In this document: positions 45,685 to 53,180 of the stretch, one piece after another
How the letters are laid out: each line of letters starts with the position of its first letter
How positions within the stretch are numbered: position 1 is the stretch's first letter
Assembly: GCA_002307275.1 (NCBI GenBank)
Contig: DBTX01000078.1
Span: 42 to 64,041 of the forward strand
Direction: 5' to 3'
Origin: Hungateiclostridiaceae bacterium UBA1305
GTDB taxonomy: Bacteria; Bacillota; Clostridia; Acetivibrionales; DTU013
Length of the DNA: 64,000 nt
The notes under the pieces: model-generated
Database searches by the model: none
The model's input: the letters and a program-made list of their open reading frames with translations, nothing else
What the model was told of the DNA's origin: nothing
Program-made: the position numbers and the translations under genes

Positions 45685-46037
45685 AAATTTACGGCCGCCT
45701 CAAAACCATGCCCGCATTTAGGACACATCACACTTATCGTGGGCGCTTCCACTTGATTTATTCTTTGATACATCTCCTGCAAAAATGCCAGGTCCGCAGT
45801 AAATAATTTCTCAATAACTTTAGTATCTATTGCTTTTATTTCACCAAGCTTTGTTATTACCCTGGCAAGAAGAATAATTGTAAGGTAGCCAGGATTCTGC
45901 TGCACCCGCGGATCCCTCATAGGGAGTATTTCATCCGCCGCCGTTGCCAGCCGCATGATGCCATGCCTGTGCAGCGTGCCGCTTTCGTCCACATAGCCTT
46001 TGGGTAATTCAAAGGTGAATTCTGTCTCAAATGCCAT
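45669..46037 (-). CDS. Tail-assembly-chaperone-like protein (122 aa) with C-terminal zinc-ribbon-like CPKCGH motif; zero-frame product of the candidate frameshift pair
   Basis: MAFETEFTFELPKGYVDESGTLHRHGIMRLATAADEILPMRDPRVQQNPGYLTIILLARVITKLG.... GGGGG RBS precedes the ATG at 46037. Its position after sheath and tube, and before the tape measure, mirrors P2 E and lambda G. Confidence 0.55.
   Translation of the reverse strand: MAFETEFTFELPKGYVDESGTLHRHGIMRLATAADEILPMRDPRVQQNPGYLTIILLARVITKLGEIKAIDTKVIEKLFTADLAFLQEMYQRINQVEAPTISVMCPKCGHGFEAAVNFTDQA
45684..45690 (-). other. Candidate -1 programmed ribosomal frameshift heptamer A_AAT_TTT
   Basis: The minus-strand mRNA reads GTA AAT TTT ACG GAT CAG GCA TAA. 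The heptamer fits X_XXY_YYZ in the zero frame, five codons before the stop. A weak stem (TCAGG/CCTGA) starts 5 nt downstream. Confidence 0.5.
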
Positions 46038-46051
46038 AAACAAGCCCCCGA

Positions 46052-46115
46052 TCTGAAAAAATAAGTTCACGGTTTATCTGTCAGGCAGGAAACATCCTAC
46101 CCGGCAGATAAACCG
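46052..46115 (-). promoter_or_regulatory. Intercistronic stem-loop after the tube gene (possible attenuator/partial terminator or RNA-stability element)
   Basis: The 11-bp perfect inverted repeat CGGTTTATCTG (46105-46115, minus sense) pairs with CAGATAAACCG (46070-46080) around a 24-nt loop. TGAACTTATTTTTT follows on the mRNA; the T-run starts 9 nt after the stem, so this is not a textbook terminator. Confidence 0.4.
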
Positions 46116-46148
46116 GACAAAACTGTAAAGCTGTGGCGGGTTGAGTTG

Positions 46149-46574
46149 TTACGCTGTGCGCGTCATTCCCTCATGGGCCAGCTCCAGGCTTTCAATGGCA
46201 ACCTCTGAAGCTGTTGCATTGAAATCGGGCGCAGTATATTTAGCCGGCCATGCGTTGATCAGCTGCCATGATGCGGTAGCATCCCCCTTGGGACCTAATA
46301 CTGTAATCGTTACAGTCTTTCGTTCAATATCCCCTTCACTTATTCCCTGAAGCCATTCGTACAACTCCATCGAGCTTGAAACGCCCCACTTAAGCGTTAT
46401 GTTTCCGTACTTGGTCAATCCAGGTAATTTAACAGGCGTAGATACGGGAGAATCCCCTTCCCTGTATTCAATTACATCAACATTGGCATCAAATCCGCTT
46501 ATTTCGGAAAATCCCGCCTGATCAACGCCTGTTATCTCAAGGCGGAATTTAAACTTTGTATATGGATAATCCAT
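46149..46574 (-). CDS. CIS inner tube protein (T4 gp19-like / TIGR02241-type; Afp1/Pvc1-like)
   Basis: YTKFKFRLEITGVDQAGFSEISGFDANVDVIEYREG...GNITLKWG is the conserved phage-tail-region tube block. 141 aa. AAAGGGGATGG RBS is present. Confidence 0.85.
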   Translation of the reverse strand: MDYPYTKFKFRLEITGVDQAGFSEISGFDANVDVIEYREGDSPVSTPVKLPGLTKYGNITLKWGVSSSMELYEWLQGISEGDIERKTVTITVLGPKGDATASWQLINAWPAKYTAPDFNATASEVAIESLELAHEGMTRTA

Positions 46575-46638
46575 CTGTCCATCCCCTTTCAGTTTTATTC
46601 AGCATTTCACTTCAGCCTGTTCCTGTCTTCTTCAAAGA

Positions 46639-48384
46639 TCATCCCTGCGATTCATTTACCTTCTGGGTAATCCTGAATATGACGAATTCAGCAGGTTTTA
46701 CAGGTGCCACACCTATAACGCATATCAGTCTTCCGTTGTCGATATCATCCTGAGTCATGGTGGTTCTTCCGATGTCTACAAAAAAGGCTTCATCTGCGGT
46801 ACCTCCGGCAAGAGCGCCATTCCTCCACAGATTTGTCAGGAATACGTCTATGGTGCGTTTTACTCTCGACCAAAGCATCACTTCATTAGGCTCAAATACT
46901 ACCCAATTGGTATTTGACTTTATGGACTCTTCAATAAAGATGAAAAGCCTTCTCACGTTTACATATTTCCAATTAGACTCGGAAGAACATGTTCTTGCGC
47001 CCCATACGCGTATTCCCTGTCCCGGGAACACCCTTATAAGGTTCACGCCCTGCGGGTTCAGGATATCCTGCTCTCCTTTATTGTACAGGCAGTCAAGTCC
47101 TGTGGATCCGCGGACCACCTCATTGGCAGGCGCTTTCTGAACGCCTCTTTCCGTATCGGAACGGGCATATATGCCTGCAATTGAAGCTGACGGCGGAATG
47201 AATGTACTCTTCTTGTCCAATGGATCGAATACTTCAAGCCATGGATGATAAAGTGCCGCATAATTACTGTCAAACATGGATCTGTGAGCAATAACCTCAT
47301 CAACTTTTTTCTTATCTCTTGGAATATCCAGGAGCGCAAAGCGGCTGCCAAGATTTTCGCAATGTGCCACTAATGTGATCTGGACGTTTGGATCAGTAAC
47401 CCCCGGAACAGCCATTATGCTTACCTGTGAATTTTCAAGAAATGCCTGTATTCCGCTTCTTTCACCCGGGCCATTGTCAGCGCCGATAAATACGGAAGCG
47501 TCGACGTTCATGCTTTGGCCGTTGCTGCCGCCTGCAAGTGTGATTACAAAGGAATCGGCCGTACCGCCGGATATCTGCTCAAAAGGCCTGATTATTTCTT
47601 TCATACCGGAGTCCGCTTTATAAGCAATTGAAACAATCTCCGATTTAGCCATCCTCTTCTCAATATAGTTGGCTGCCGCCGGATTGAAGGACACATTCTC
47701 ATAAGCCTCATCGATGTCCTCATATTTCACGGTAACACTGATCTCGCAGGTTGAGATTGTTTTTGTGGGAAGAATTTTCTGGTCAATAACATCAATATCA
47801 AAAGCTTTTTCAAATTGAATAAAATCATCCTGCACTTTTATAATTTTGTTCAGTTTGGTTTGTTCTCCATCCGTATAGGAAACAATATCCCCTTCATAAA
47901 AGCCTGCGGTGTTTTTTACAATGTACCTGTTCCCGGTATATGAATCCTCTTTAATATCAAGTATCTGTGTCTTGGCTTTTGATGCGTCAGTGATTATTAC
48001 TCTGATTTTATTCCCCCAAACTCCGGGGTTTTTCGCGCAAATGTAAGACAAGCCGGCAGATTTTTCACTATCTCCGTCATAAGCTGCAGCCTTCGCGTCA
48101 GATGGAGCAACTCTCATAATAAAGCATCTGGCCCCGCCATTGATAAAAAACTGTTCTATACAGATGGGAAGATAAGAATAGTCGCCATATTCAACCTTTG
48201 AAAGATACCCTCCGAATTTCCTTTTGAAATCAGCAAAGCTTGTAACAAGTTCCGGCACGCCTTTCACTGCGCCTCTCGCAGTCATCCCTACAAAGCCTGC
48301 CGTACTGGTGCTTACACCTTCCATCGGCCTGCTTCCCTGATCAAATTCTTCGACATAGACTCCCGGCGATAAATACTCTGACAT
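46639..48384 (-). CDS. Contractile sheath protein (phage tail sheath family; Afp2-4/Pvc2-4-like), single copy
   Basis: MSEYLSPGVYVEEFDQGSRPMEGVSTSTAGFVGMTARG is the canonical sheath N-terminus. YAALYHPWLEVFDP and GVNLIRVFPGQGIRVWGART are sheath C-terminal blocks. Confidence 0.9.
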   Translation of the reverse strand: MSEYLSPGVYVEEFDQGSRPMEGVSTSTAGFVGMTARGAVKGVPELVTSFADFKRKFGGYLSKVEYGDYSYLPICIEQFFINGGARCFIMRVAPSDAKAAAYDGDSEKSAGLSYICAKNPGVWGNKIRVIITDASKAKTQILDIKEDSYTGNRYIVKNTAGFYEGDIVSYTDGEQTKLNKIIKVQDDFIQFEKAFDIDVIDQKILPTKTISTCEISVTVKYEDIDEAYENVSFNPAAANYIEKRMAKSEIVSIAYKADSGMKEIIRPFEQISGGTADSFVITLAGGSNGQSMNVDASVFIGADNGPGERSGIQAFLENSQVSIMAVPGVTDPNVQITLVAHCENLGSRFALLDIPRDKKKVDEVIAHRSMFDSNYAALYHPWLEVFDPLDKKSTFIPPSASIAGIYARSDTERGVQKAPANEVVRGSTGLDCLYNKGEQDILNPQGVNLIRVFPGQGIRVWGARTCSSESNWKYVNVRRLFIFIEESIKSNTNWVVFEPNEVMLWSRVKRTIDVFLTNLWRNGALAGGTADEAFFVDIGRTTMTQDDIDNGRLICVIGVAPVKPAEFVIFRITQKVNESQG

Positions 48385-48396
48385 ATATTCCCAATA

Positions 48397-48428
48397 TCAA
48401 GTAATATCTGCTATCTCTTATTACTTGA
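48397..48428 (-). promoter_or_regulatory. 10-bp perfect inverted repeat (TCAAGTAATA / TATTACTTGA, 11-nt spacer) in the 5' leader immediately upstream of the sheath start
   Basis: Read directly at 48397-48406 and 48419-48428. It ends 12 nt before the sheath ATG (48384), next to a weak SD (GGGAA). Confidence 0.4.
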
Positions 48429-48500
48429 GATCAGTTGCCCCCTTTCCAATGCTTTTTTTCCATTATACTGTTAAAGCCGGAAATACAACCACGCTTTTAG

Positions 48501-48563
48501 GACAAAATGCATTTTTTTAAAGATGAGTAGTGTGTTCATTTAGACAAAAGGTTTCATTTTTTT
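48501..48563. promoter_or_regulatory. Imperfect ~20-bp direct repeat GACAAAA-N(2-4)-(T)CATTTTTTTA, 42 bp apart, in the sheath / LytTR-regulator divergent intergenic region
   Basis: GACAAAATGCATTTTTTTAA lies at 48501-48520 and GACAAAAGGTTTCATTTTTTTAC at 48543-48565. A third TTCATTTA sits at 48535-48542. Confidence 0.3.
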
Positions 48564-48691
48564 ACATCTCTCACCCCTTTGGGTGAAGACATGAAAACCC
48601 GTTTATGGTAAACTGGGCAAAACAATACGAGAAGCGCGAATGAGCTTACTCATTTGGAACAGCTTAATAACATACACTGGGGAGATATATT

Positions 48692-49432
48692 GTGATAAAT
48701 CTAGTCATTGCAGACAATGATTCCTCTTCACAGGAGAATCTCAGAAATTTACTGAAGAATTATGAAAACATTCAAGTTGTAGGCAGTTATCAAAATCCAG
48801 CGTCCGTTTTGGAAGAAATAAAAAGTCTCAATCCTCATGTTCTTATTACCGATATTTCCATGCCGGAAATGGATGGACTTGAGCTTGCACAAAAGGTAAC
48901 CGCCCTTTTACCCAATATTTATGTCGTGTTCCTGACCGAATATGAGAAATTTGCCCTCAATGCATTTGAGCTTGGCGTCTTTGATTATATTTTGAAGCCT
49001 GCAACACAGGAACGTTTCAATAAGCTGATCCAGCGCATCACTCTGGACATGGCAGCCAGAAAAAGAGGTGACGCCGGTATTGCCATCTCTAAAAGAAATC
49101 TATTTAAAGACTATATTGCAGTCAGTAAAGGCGAATCCATCATAGTAATAAACAAGGCAGAAATACTTTACTGCTGCGCAAGCAATAAAAAAACACACAT
49201 TTACGTGAATGACGGCTGCTTTGAATGCCGGTATACGCTGGAACATCTTGAAGAAATACTGAAGGCGAGCTTTTTGAGATGTCATAGGAGTTATCTGGTA
49301 AATATGCAGTTCATCCGTGAGATTTCGCCGCTGTTCAATCAAACCTACCTCATCAGGCTGAAGAATTCCCGTGCGGAAATACCTGTCAGCAGGAATTATG
49401 CCATAAGGATTAAGGAATGTCTACACTTTTAA
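48692..49432 (+). CDS. LytTR-family response regulator (receiver + LytTR DNA-binding domain), no adjacent kinase
   Basis: The receiver has ADND...LITDISMPEMDG...LTEY. The LytTR domain has FLRCHRSYLVNMQFIREI...IPVSRNY. It starts at GTG with a GGGGAG RBS and is divergent from the CIS sheath operon. Confidence 0.85.
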   Translation: MINLVIADNDSSSQENLRNLLKNYENIQVVGSYQNPASVLEEIKSLNPHVLITDISMPEMDGLELAQKVTALLPNIYVVFLTEYEKFALNAFELGVFDYILKPATQERFNKLIQRITLDMAARKRGDAGIAISKRNLFKDYIAVSKGESIIVINKAEILYCCASNKKTHIYVNDGCFECRYTLEHLEEILKASFLRCHRSYLVNMQFIREISPLFNQTYLIRLKNSRAEIPVSRNYAIRIKECLHF

Positions 49433-52400
49433 TGCATTCGCAACAGCCGCTTTTTTTCTTACGCTAAGGATTGAAAACAGTGAAATGACACCTATAAAGA
49501 ATATTCCTATCAGTCCTATCCCTTTGAAAATTCCCATTCCGATAACCATTCCGTAAATAATCGGCCCCAGGACCTGGCCCAGGTTTTCGACCAGTCCATA
49601 ATATCCGAGAGACTTTCCCTGGCCTAACAAATCCGCCGCGTTTATAGAAGAAAAGTAATTTACTCTTAATGTTATTCCGAAGCTCTCTGAAATACCGATC
49701 ATAAAAATTGCAATAAAAGCAGAGGTCAATGTACCCTGTACTGCAAATTGCAGCAGTGCCGCCGCCAGAATCAACGCTGCCAGCAGCATTGAAAGCTTTG
49801 CTCCTATTTTTTTCGAAATATATACGGTAAGTGAGGGTCCCAAGTAGATGATACTCAGGCCATATAGCAAAAATGCACGGCTGATGCCTGACGTTGACAT
49901 CTTTTGACCTTCTGCAAACAAAGGGAAAAAATAATCGATGAACATTGTGCAAATCACTGTAGGAATAAGCATCAACAGGAAAAAAGTGCTGACTGCAGGC
50001 GTTGTAAAAAACTTAAACAGGCTTTTTATGGAACCCTGGCTATTTCCTTCCTTTTGTACTGTGCAAGTATTATTCTTTACAGTCTTTATTGACAGAAAAA
50101 CACAAATCATCACCAAAGCAGTTGAAAAAAAGTAGACCTTTGACATTCCAAACTTTTCTGCAAGCAAACCGCCAACAATAAGTCCCGCGTTCAATCCGGC
50201 AAAGCCTCCTGAATTCAGCGCCGAGATACCTTCATTGCGTTCCTCCTCCGAGGCCGGGATAACCACATAGTTTTGCATTGATATAAAGGTCAGTCCCATT
50301 CCTGCACCTGCAACCGCCCTTGCAAAAATGAACATCGCAGGGCTGCCGGCAAAGCCGGATATCAGCTGTCCGCCAAAGAGCAGCACAAGGCCTGATATGA
50401 GTGTAGGCCTGCATCCCTTTTTATCATTCACGTACCCGCCTATGACAGATGAAACCGCAATCAGCAGCGCTTCCACAGATATGGGAAGCGCAAGCACGAC
50501 ATTTTCCGGCAAACCCAAAATCGGTCGATACAGCTGCTTCATAAGAATAGGAACAAAAGAACCTGACATAAAGCAGGCAAGATAAATTAGAAAGCATAAA
50601 GGGCGCATTGTCAATGTATCCAGGCTTGTTATCATTTTACTGTCAGCTTCGTCCGGCAATCTCTCCCGCCGCTTTCTCAACAGATCGGCGAATATGGTTA
50701 TCTCAAGCATTATAAAAATAAGTACAACCAGCAATGTCGCAGTTTTCAGCAGAACTTCATTTTTCAGCCTGCTATTCTCCTGATTGAAGCCATATGAATC
50801 AGTGCCGACCTCAAGTACTCCCACAACCTTCCCGGAAGAATTGAGGACAGGTGTCATTCCATACATCCAGTCACCTTCGGCATCGCTGCTTTTTGTGGTT
50901 ATCATGATTTTTTCATTGAATACTCTAAGATAATCCTGTTCCGAGCCATCCTCGGCAAGAGGATAAAAAGGACACTTACTGTCATCATAATACATAACGG
51001 CATAGAGCTTGTTGTCAACAACCGTATACAGCGCACCATAAAACCCTTCATTCCATGTATCCTGATTATAGTTAAAAGAGGCATGTAACTGCTCACGTAT
51101 CAATTTGTAATTTTCATCCATAAAATGCTCGGGTTTTTTTATTTTTTCAAAAGTATCTCCGTCAATATTTTTTGACGCAAGAAACATCGTCTGGCTGATA
51201 TGATTGAAAATATCCGATTCGTAGCGGCTCTGAAATTTATCGAATATCGTATTGGATACAAGAAGCGTCGCGATGACAATGGCAAAAATAACAAACAGGC
51301 TCTGCATCAAGACGGCTGATGGCCTGCCTTTAAAAATATTTACAACTAGATACCATGCTATAAATGCAAGTATCCCAGCCAGTAAAACAATCTGTATCCA
51401 CTGCAAAAGCCTCAATAGGTAACCGCTGACAGGTAAAAGACCCCTGCTGCCGTAAAAGCCGACGATTGACATATTATTGCAGCTCACTACGTTCCCATTG
51501 CTTACTAAAACTGCATTACCATTCGCAGCCACGGACACGGTGTAAAAATTCACTCCATCACTGTCATATCCCTGTTCCTGCAATATTTTATCCGAAATGA
51601 GCGTCCTGACATTGCCTGAAGGCTCAATACACCTTATACTGCGCTGTAAAATATCAGAGAAGTATACGGTATCCCTGTCATACACCTCTGCCTTCCAGGG
51701 TATTGAGCTTACAAAATCAGCGGCTTTATTATCTCCTGTATAAACAAGAGAGAGATCTCCTGTTTCCACTGCCTTATAGATCTCTCCCCTTTTGGTTGTA
51801 AAAATGCTTGCCGGCGGGTCATACGCTGTGCCAAAGTCAACAATCATGCTTGCTGCATCGGCAAATGCAACATGAATGATGTCCTTGGATTTTTTTGTAT
51901 CTAGTGCTACCCTGGTAAGAACAAAGGAATCCTTTTTTTTGTTATACAGGTACAAATTTTCTTTATAAACAGAGATAGAACATATATTACCCGTTCTGAT
52001 CGGACGGTCCTCTTCCGCATATTCAACAGAGTAGACGATATCCTTGAATTTGCCATTGGCGGTATACCTGATAATCTCTTCCTTTTCAACGTTCTGGCCA
52101 TTCTCGTCCAACAAATTATCCAAGACGTAAAGATTGCCATAACTGTCTACAGCAAGCTCCTGGGCGGAGAAAAATCCAGGGCTGCCTCCCGTCTCCCCAT
52201 TAAGGACAAAAATTACCTTTCCGGCAGCATCAAGCTTCATGATGCGCTTCGTGCCGTCATCAATAAGATATATGTTGGAGGCGGCATCGCTTGTAGCGAA
52301 AACAGGCTGCTTAAAGTTCATGAACCGGTTAAATGGATTTTCCGAATATACCGGCAGATTATGCAGAATTGAATAGCACAATATACCGGCAAGAATAATT

Positions 52401-52438
52401 GATGTAAAAAAAAGCGGCTTTTTCCTGTGAATCAACAA
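49421..52438 (-). CDS. Fusion protein: N-terminal TM + NHL/beta-propeller-like extracytoplasmic domain + TM pair + PDC/Cache-like domain + C-terminal MFS transporter domain
   Basis: 1005 aa. NIYLIDDGTKRIMKLDAAGKVIFV and GNLYVLDN are NHL-like blades. WMYGMTPVLNSSGKVVGVLEVGTD is a Cache-like motif. The C-terminal ~400 aa has ~12 TM segments with GGYVNDKKGCRPTLISG (MFS loop 2-3 motif). It starts at TTG, overlapping the GNAT stop. Confidence 0.65.
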   Translation of the reverse strand: MLIHRKKPLFFTSIILAGILCYSILHNLPVYSENPFNRFMNFKQPVFATSDAASNIYLIDDGTKRIMKLDAAGKVIFVLNGETGGSPGFFSAQELAVDSYGNLYVLDNLLDENGQNVEKEEIIRYTANGKFKDIVYSVEYAEEDRPIRTGNICSISVYKENLYLYNKKKDSFVLTRVALDTKKSKDIIHVAFADAASMIVDFGTAYDPPASIFTTKRGEIYKAVETGDLSLVYTGDNKAADFVSSIPWKAEVYDRDTVYFSDILQRSIRCIEPSGNVRTLISDKILQEQGYDSDGVNFYTVSVAANGNAVLVSNGNVVSCNNMSIVGFYGSRGLLPVSGYLLRLLQWIQIVLLAGILAFIAWYLVVNIFKGRPSAVLMQSLFVIFAIVIATLLVSNTIFDKFQSRYESDIFNHISQTMFLASKNIDGDTFEKIKKPEHFMDENYKLIREQLHASFNYNQDTWNEGFYGALYTVVDNKLYAVMYYDDSKCPFYPLAEDGSEQDYLRVFNEKIMITTKSSDAEGDWMYGMTPVLNSSGKVVGVLEVGTDSYGFNQENSRLKNEVLLKTATLLVVLIFIMLEITIFADLLRKRRERLPDEADSKMITSLDTLTMRPLCFLIYLACFMSGSFVPILMKQLYRPILGLPENVVLALPISVEALLIAVSSVIGGYVNDKKGCRPTLISGLVLLFGGQLISGFAGSPAMFIFARAVAGAGMGLTFISMQNYVVIPASEEERNEGISALNSGGFAGLNAGLIVGGLLAEKFGMSKVYFFSTALVMICVFLSIKTVKNNTCTVQKEGNSQGSIKSLFKFFTTPAVSTFFLLMLIPTVICTMFIDYFFPLFAEGQKMSTSGISRAFLLYGLSIIYLGPSLTVYISKKIGAKLSMLLAALILAAALLQFAVQGTLTSAFIAIFMIGISESFGITLRVNYFSSINAADLLGQGKSLGYYGLVENLGQVLGPIIYGMVIGMGIFKGIGLIGIFFIGVISLFSILSVRKKAAVANALKV

Positions 52439-53001
52439 TATGACCCACTTCCCTTCGGATTTTGGGCTGTTATGTTATTAGCCTTTCCATCCTTCACAAA
52501 GCTCTTCACGTACCAGACCAATCCCTCACCGGTAAAATAATAGTCCGGGCAATGGCCTATCTGATAAAAGCCCAGCTCGGAAAGAAGCTTTCTTACAGGC
52601 AAATAACATGGCATATCACAGGTTTCTATTAGCATATAACGGGCGCCAAGGGTACATAAAAAATCAAATACTTTATAATGCAATGCCCTTGCAATTCCAT
52701 TTTTCCTGTAATTTCTATGAATCACGCAATAGTCTCCGATATAACCTCCCGATTTTTGGCAGTTTTCTTTTACACCAAGTGCTCCTATTATTTGCCCGGT
52801 CTCATTTTTGACACACCAGTAGTAGGAGTTTTCCTCTCTGAGGCTCTCATATATGCATAATTCCATATGCTCCAATTCTCCCGGAGTGAAATTCCGATCG
52901 TCAAATGATGCAGCCGAACGTAAAAAATTTGTCACTTCCTTTGCTTCTCTCTCTGATTCAACAAGATTCATCGAATATTGAATATCATTAACCGTCTTCA
53001 T
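52432..53001 (-). CDS. GNAT-family N-acetyltransferase
   Basis: IGDYCVIHRNYRKNGIARALHYKVFDFL is the acetyl-CoA-binding R/Q-x-x-G-x-G/A-like motif A. GGAGGGG RBS lies 6-7 nt before the ATG at 53001. Confidence 0.75.
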   Translation of the reverse strand: MKTVNDIQYSMNLVESEREAKEVTNFLRSAASFDDRNFTPGELEHMELCIYESLREENSYYWCVKNETGQIIGALGVKENCQKSGGYIGDYCVIHRNYRKNGIARALHYKVFDFLCTLGARYMLIETCDMPCYLPVRKLLSELGFYQIGHCPDYYFTGEGLVWYVKSFVKDGKANNITAQNPKGSGSYC

Positions 53002-53180
53002 TTGCAGCCCCTCCATATTGAATAATTCCTAGTCCCGGTATGAAAAACAAATAATTCGAGCTATTGCGCAAAAAACAACAAATTCAGACATAAACTTATT
53101 ATATCGAATGTACTGTAGTCAACACTTTCCGCCTCAAATGCATAAATCCCGTGCCGAATGGTATAAAAGCAGGGATGCTT

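Noticed and set aside
24494-48384. Alternative readings of the locus as a prophage tail module, tailocin or type VI secretion system
   Set aside because: No head, portal, terminase, lysis or integrase genes are present. There is no split TssB/TssC sheath, no TssM/TssL/TssK and no ClpV. The DUF4255 cap, the double AAA+ ATPase and the distal payload-like genes fit the Afp/PVC class instead. A tailocin is not fully excluded without searches.
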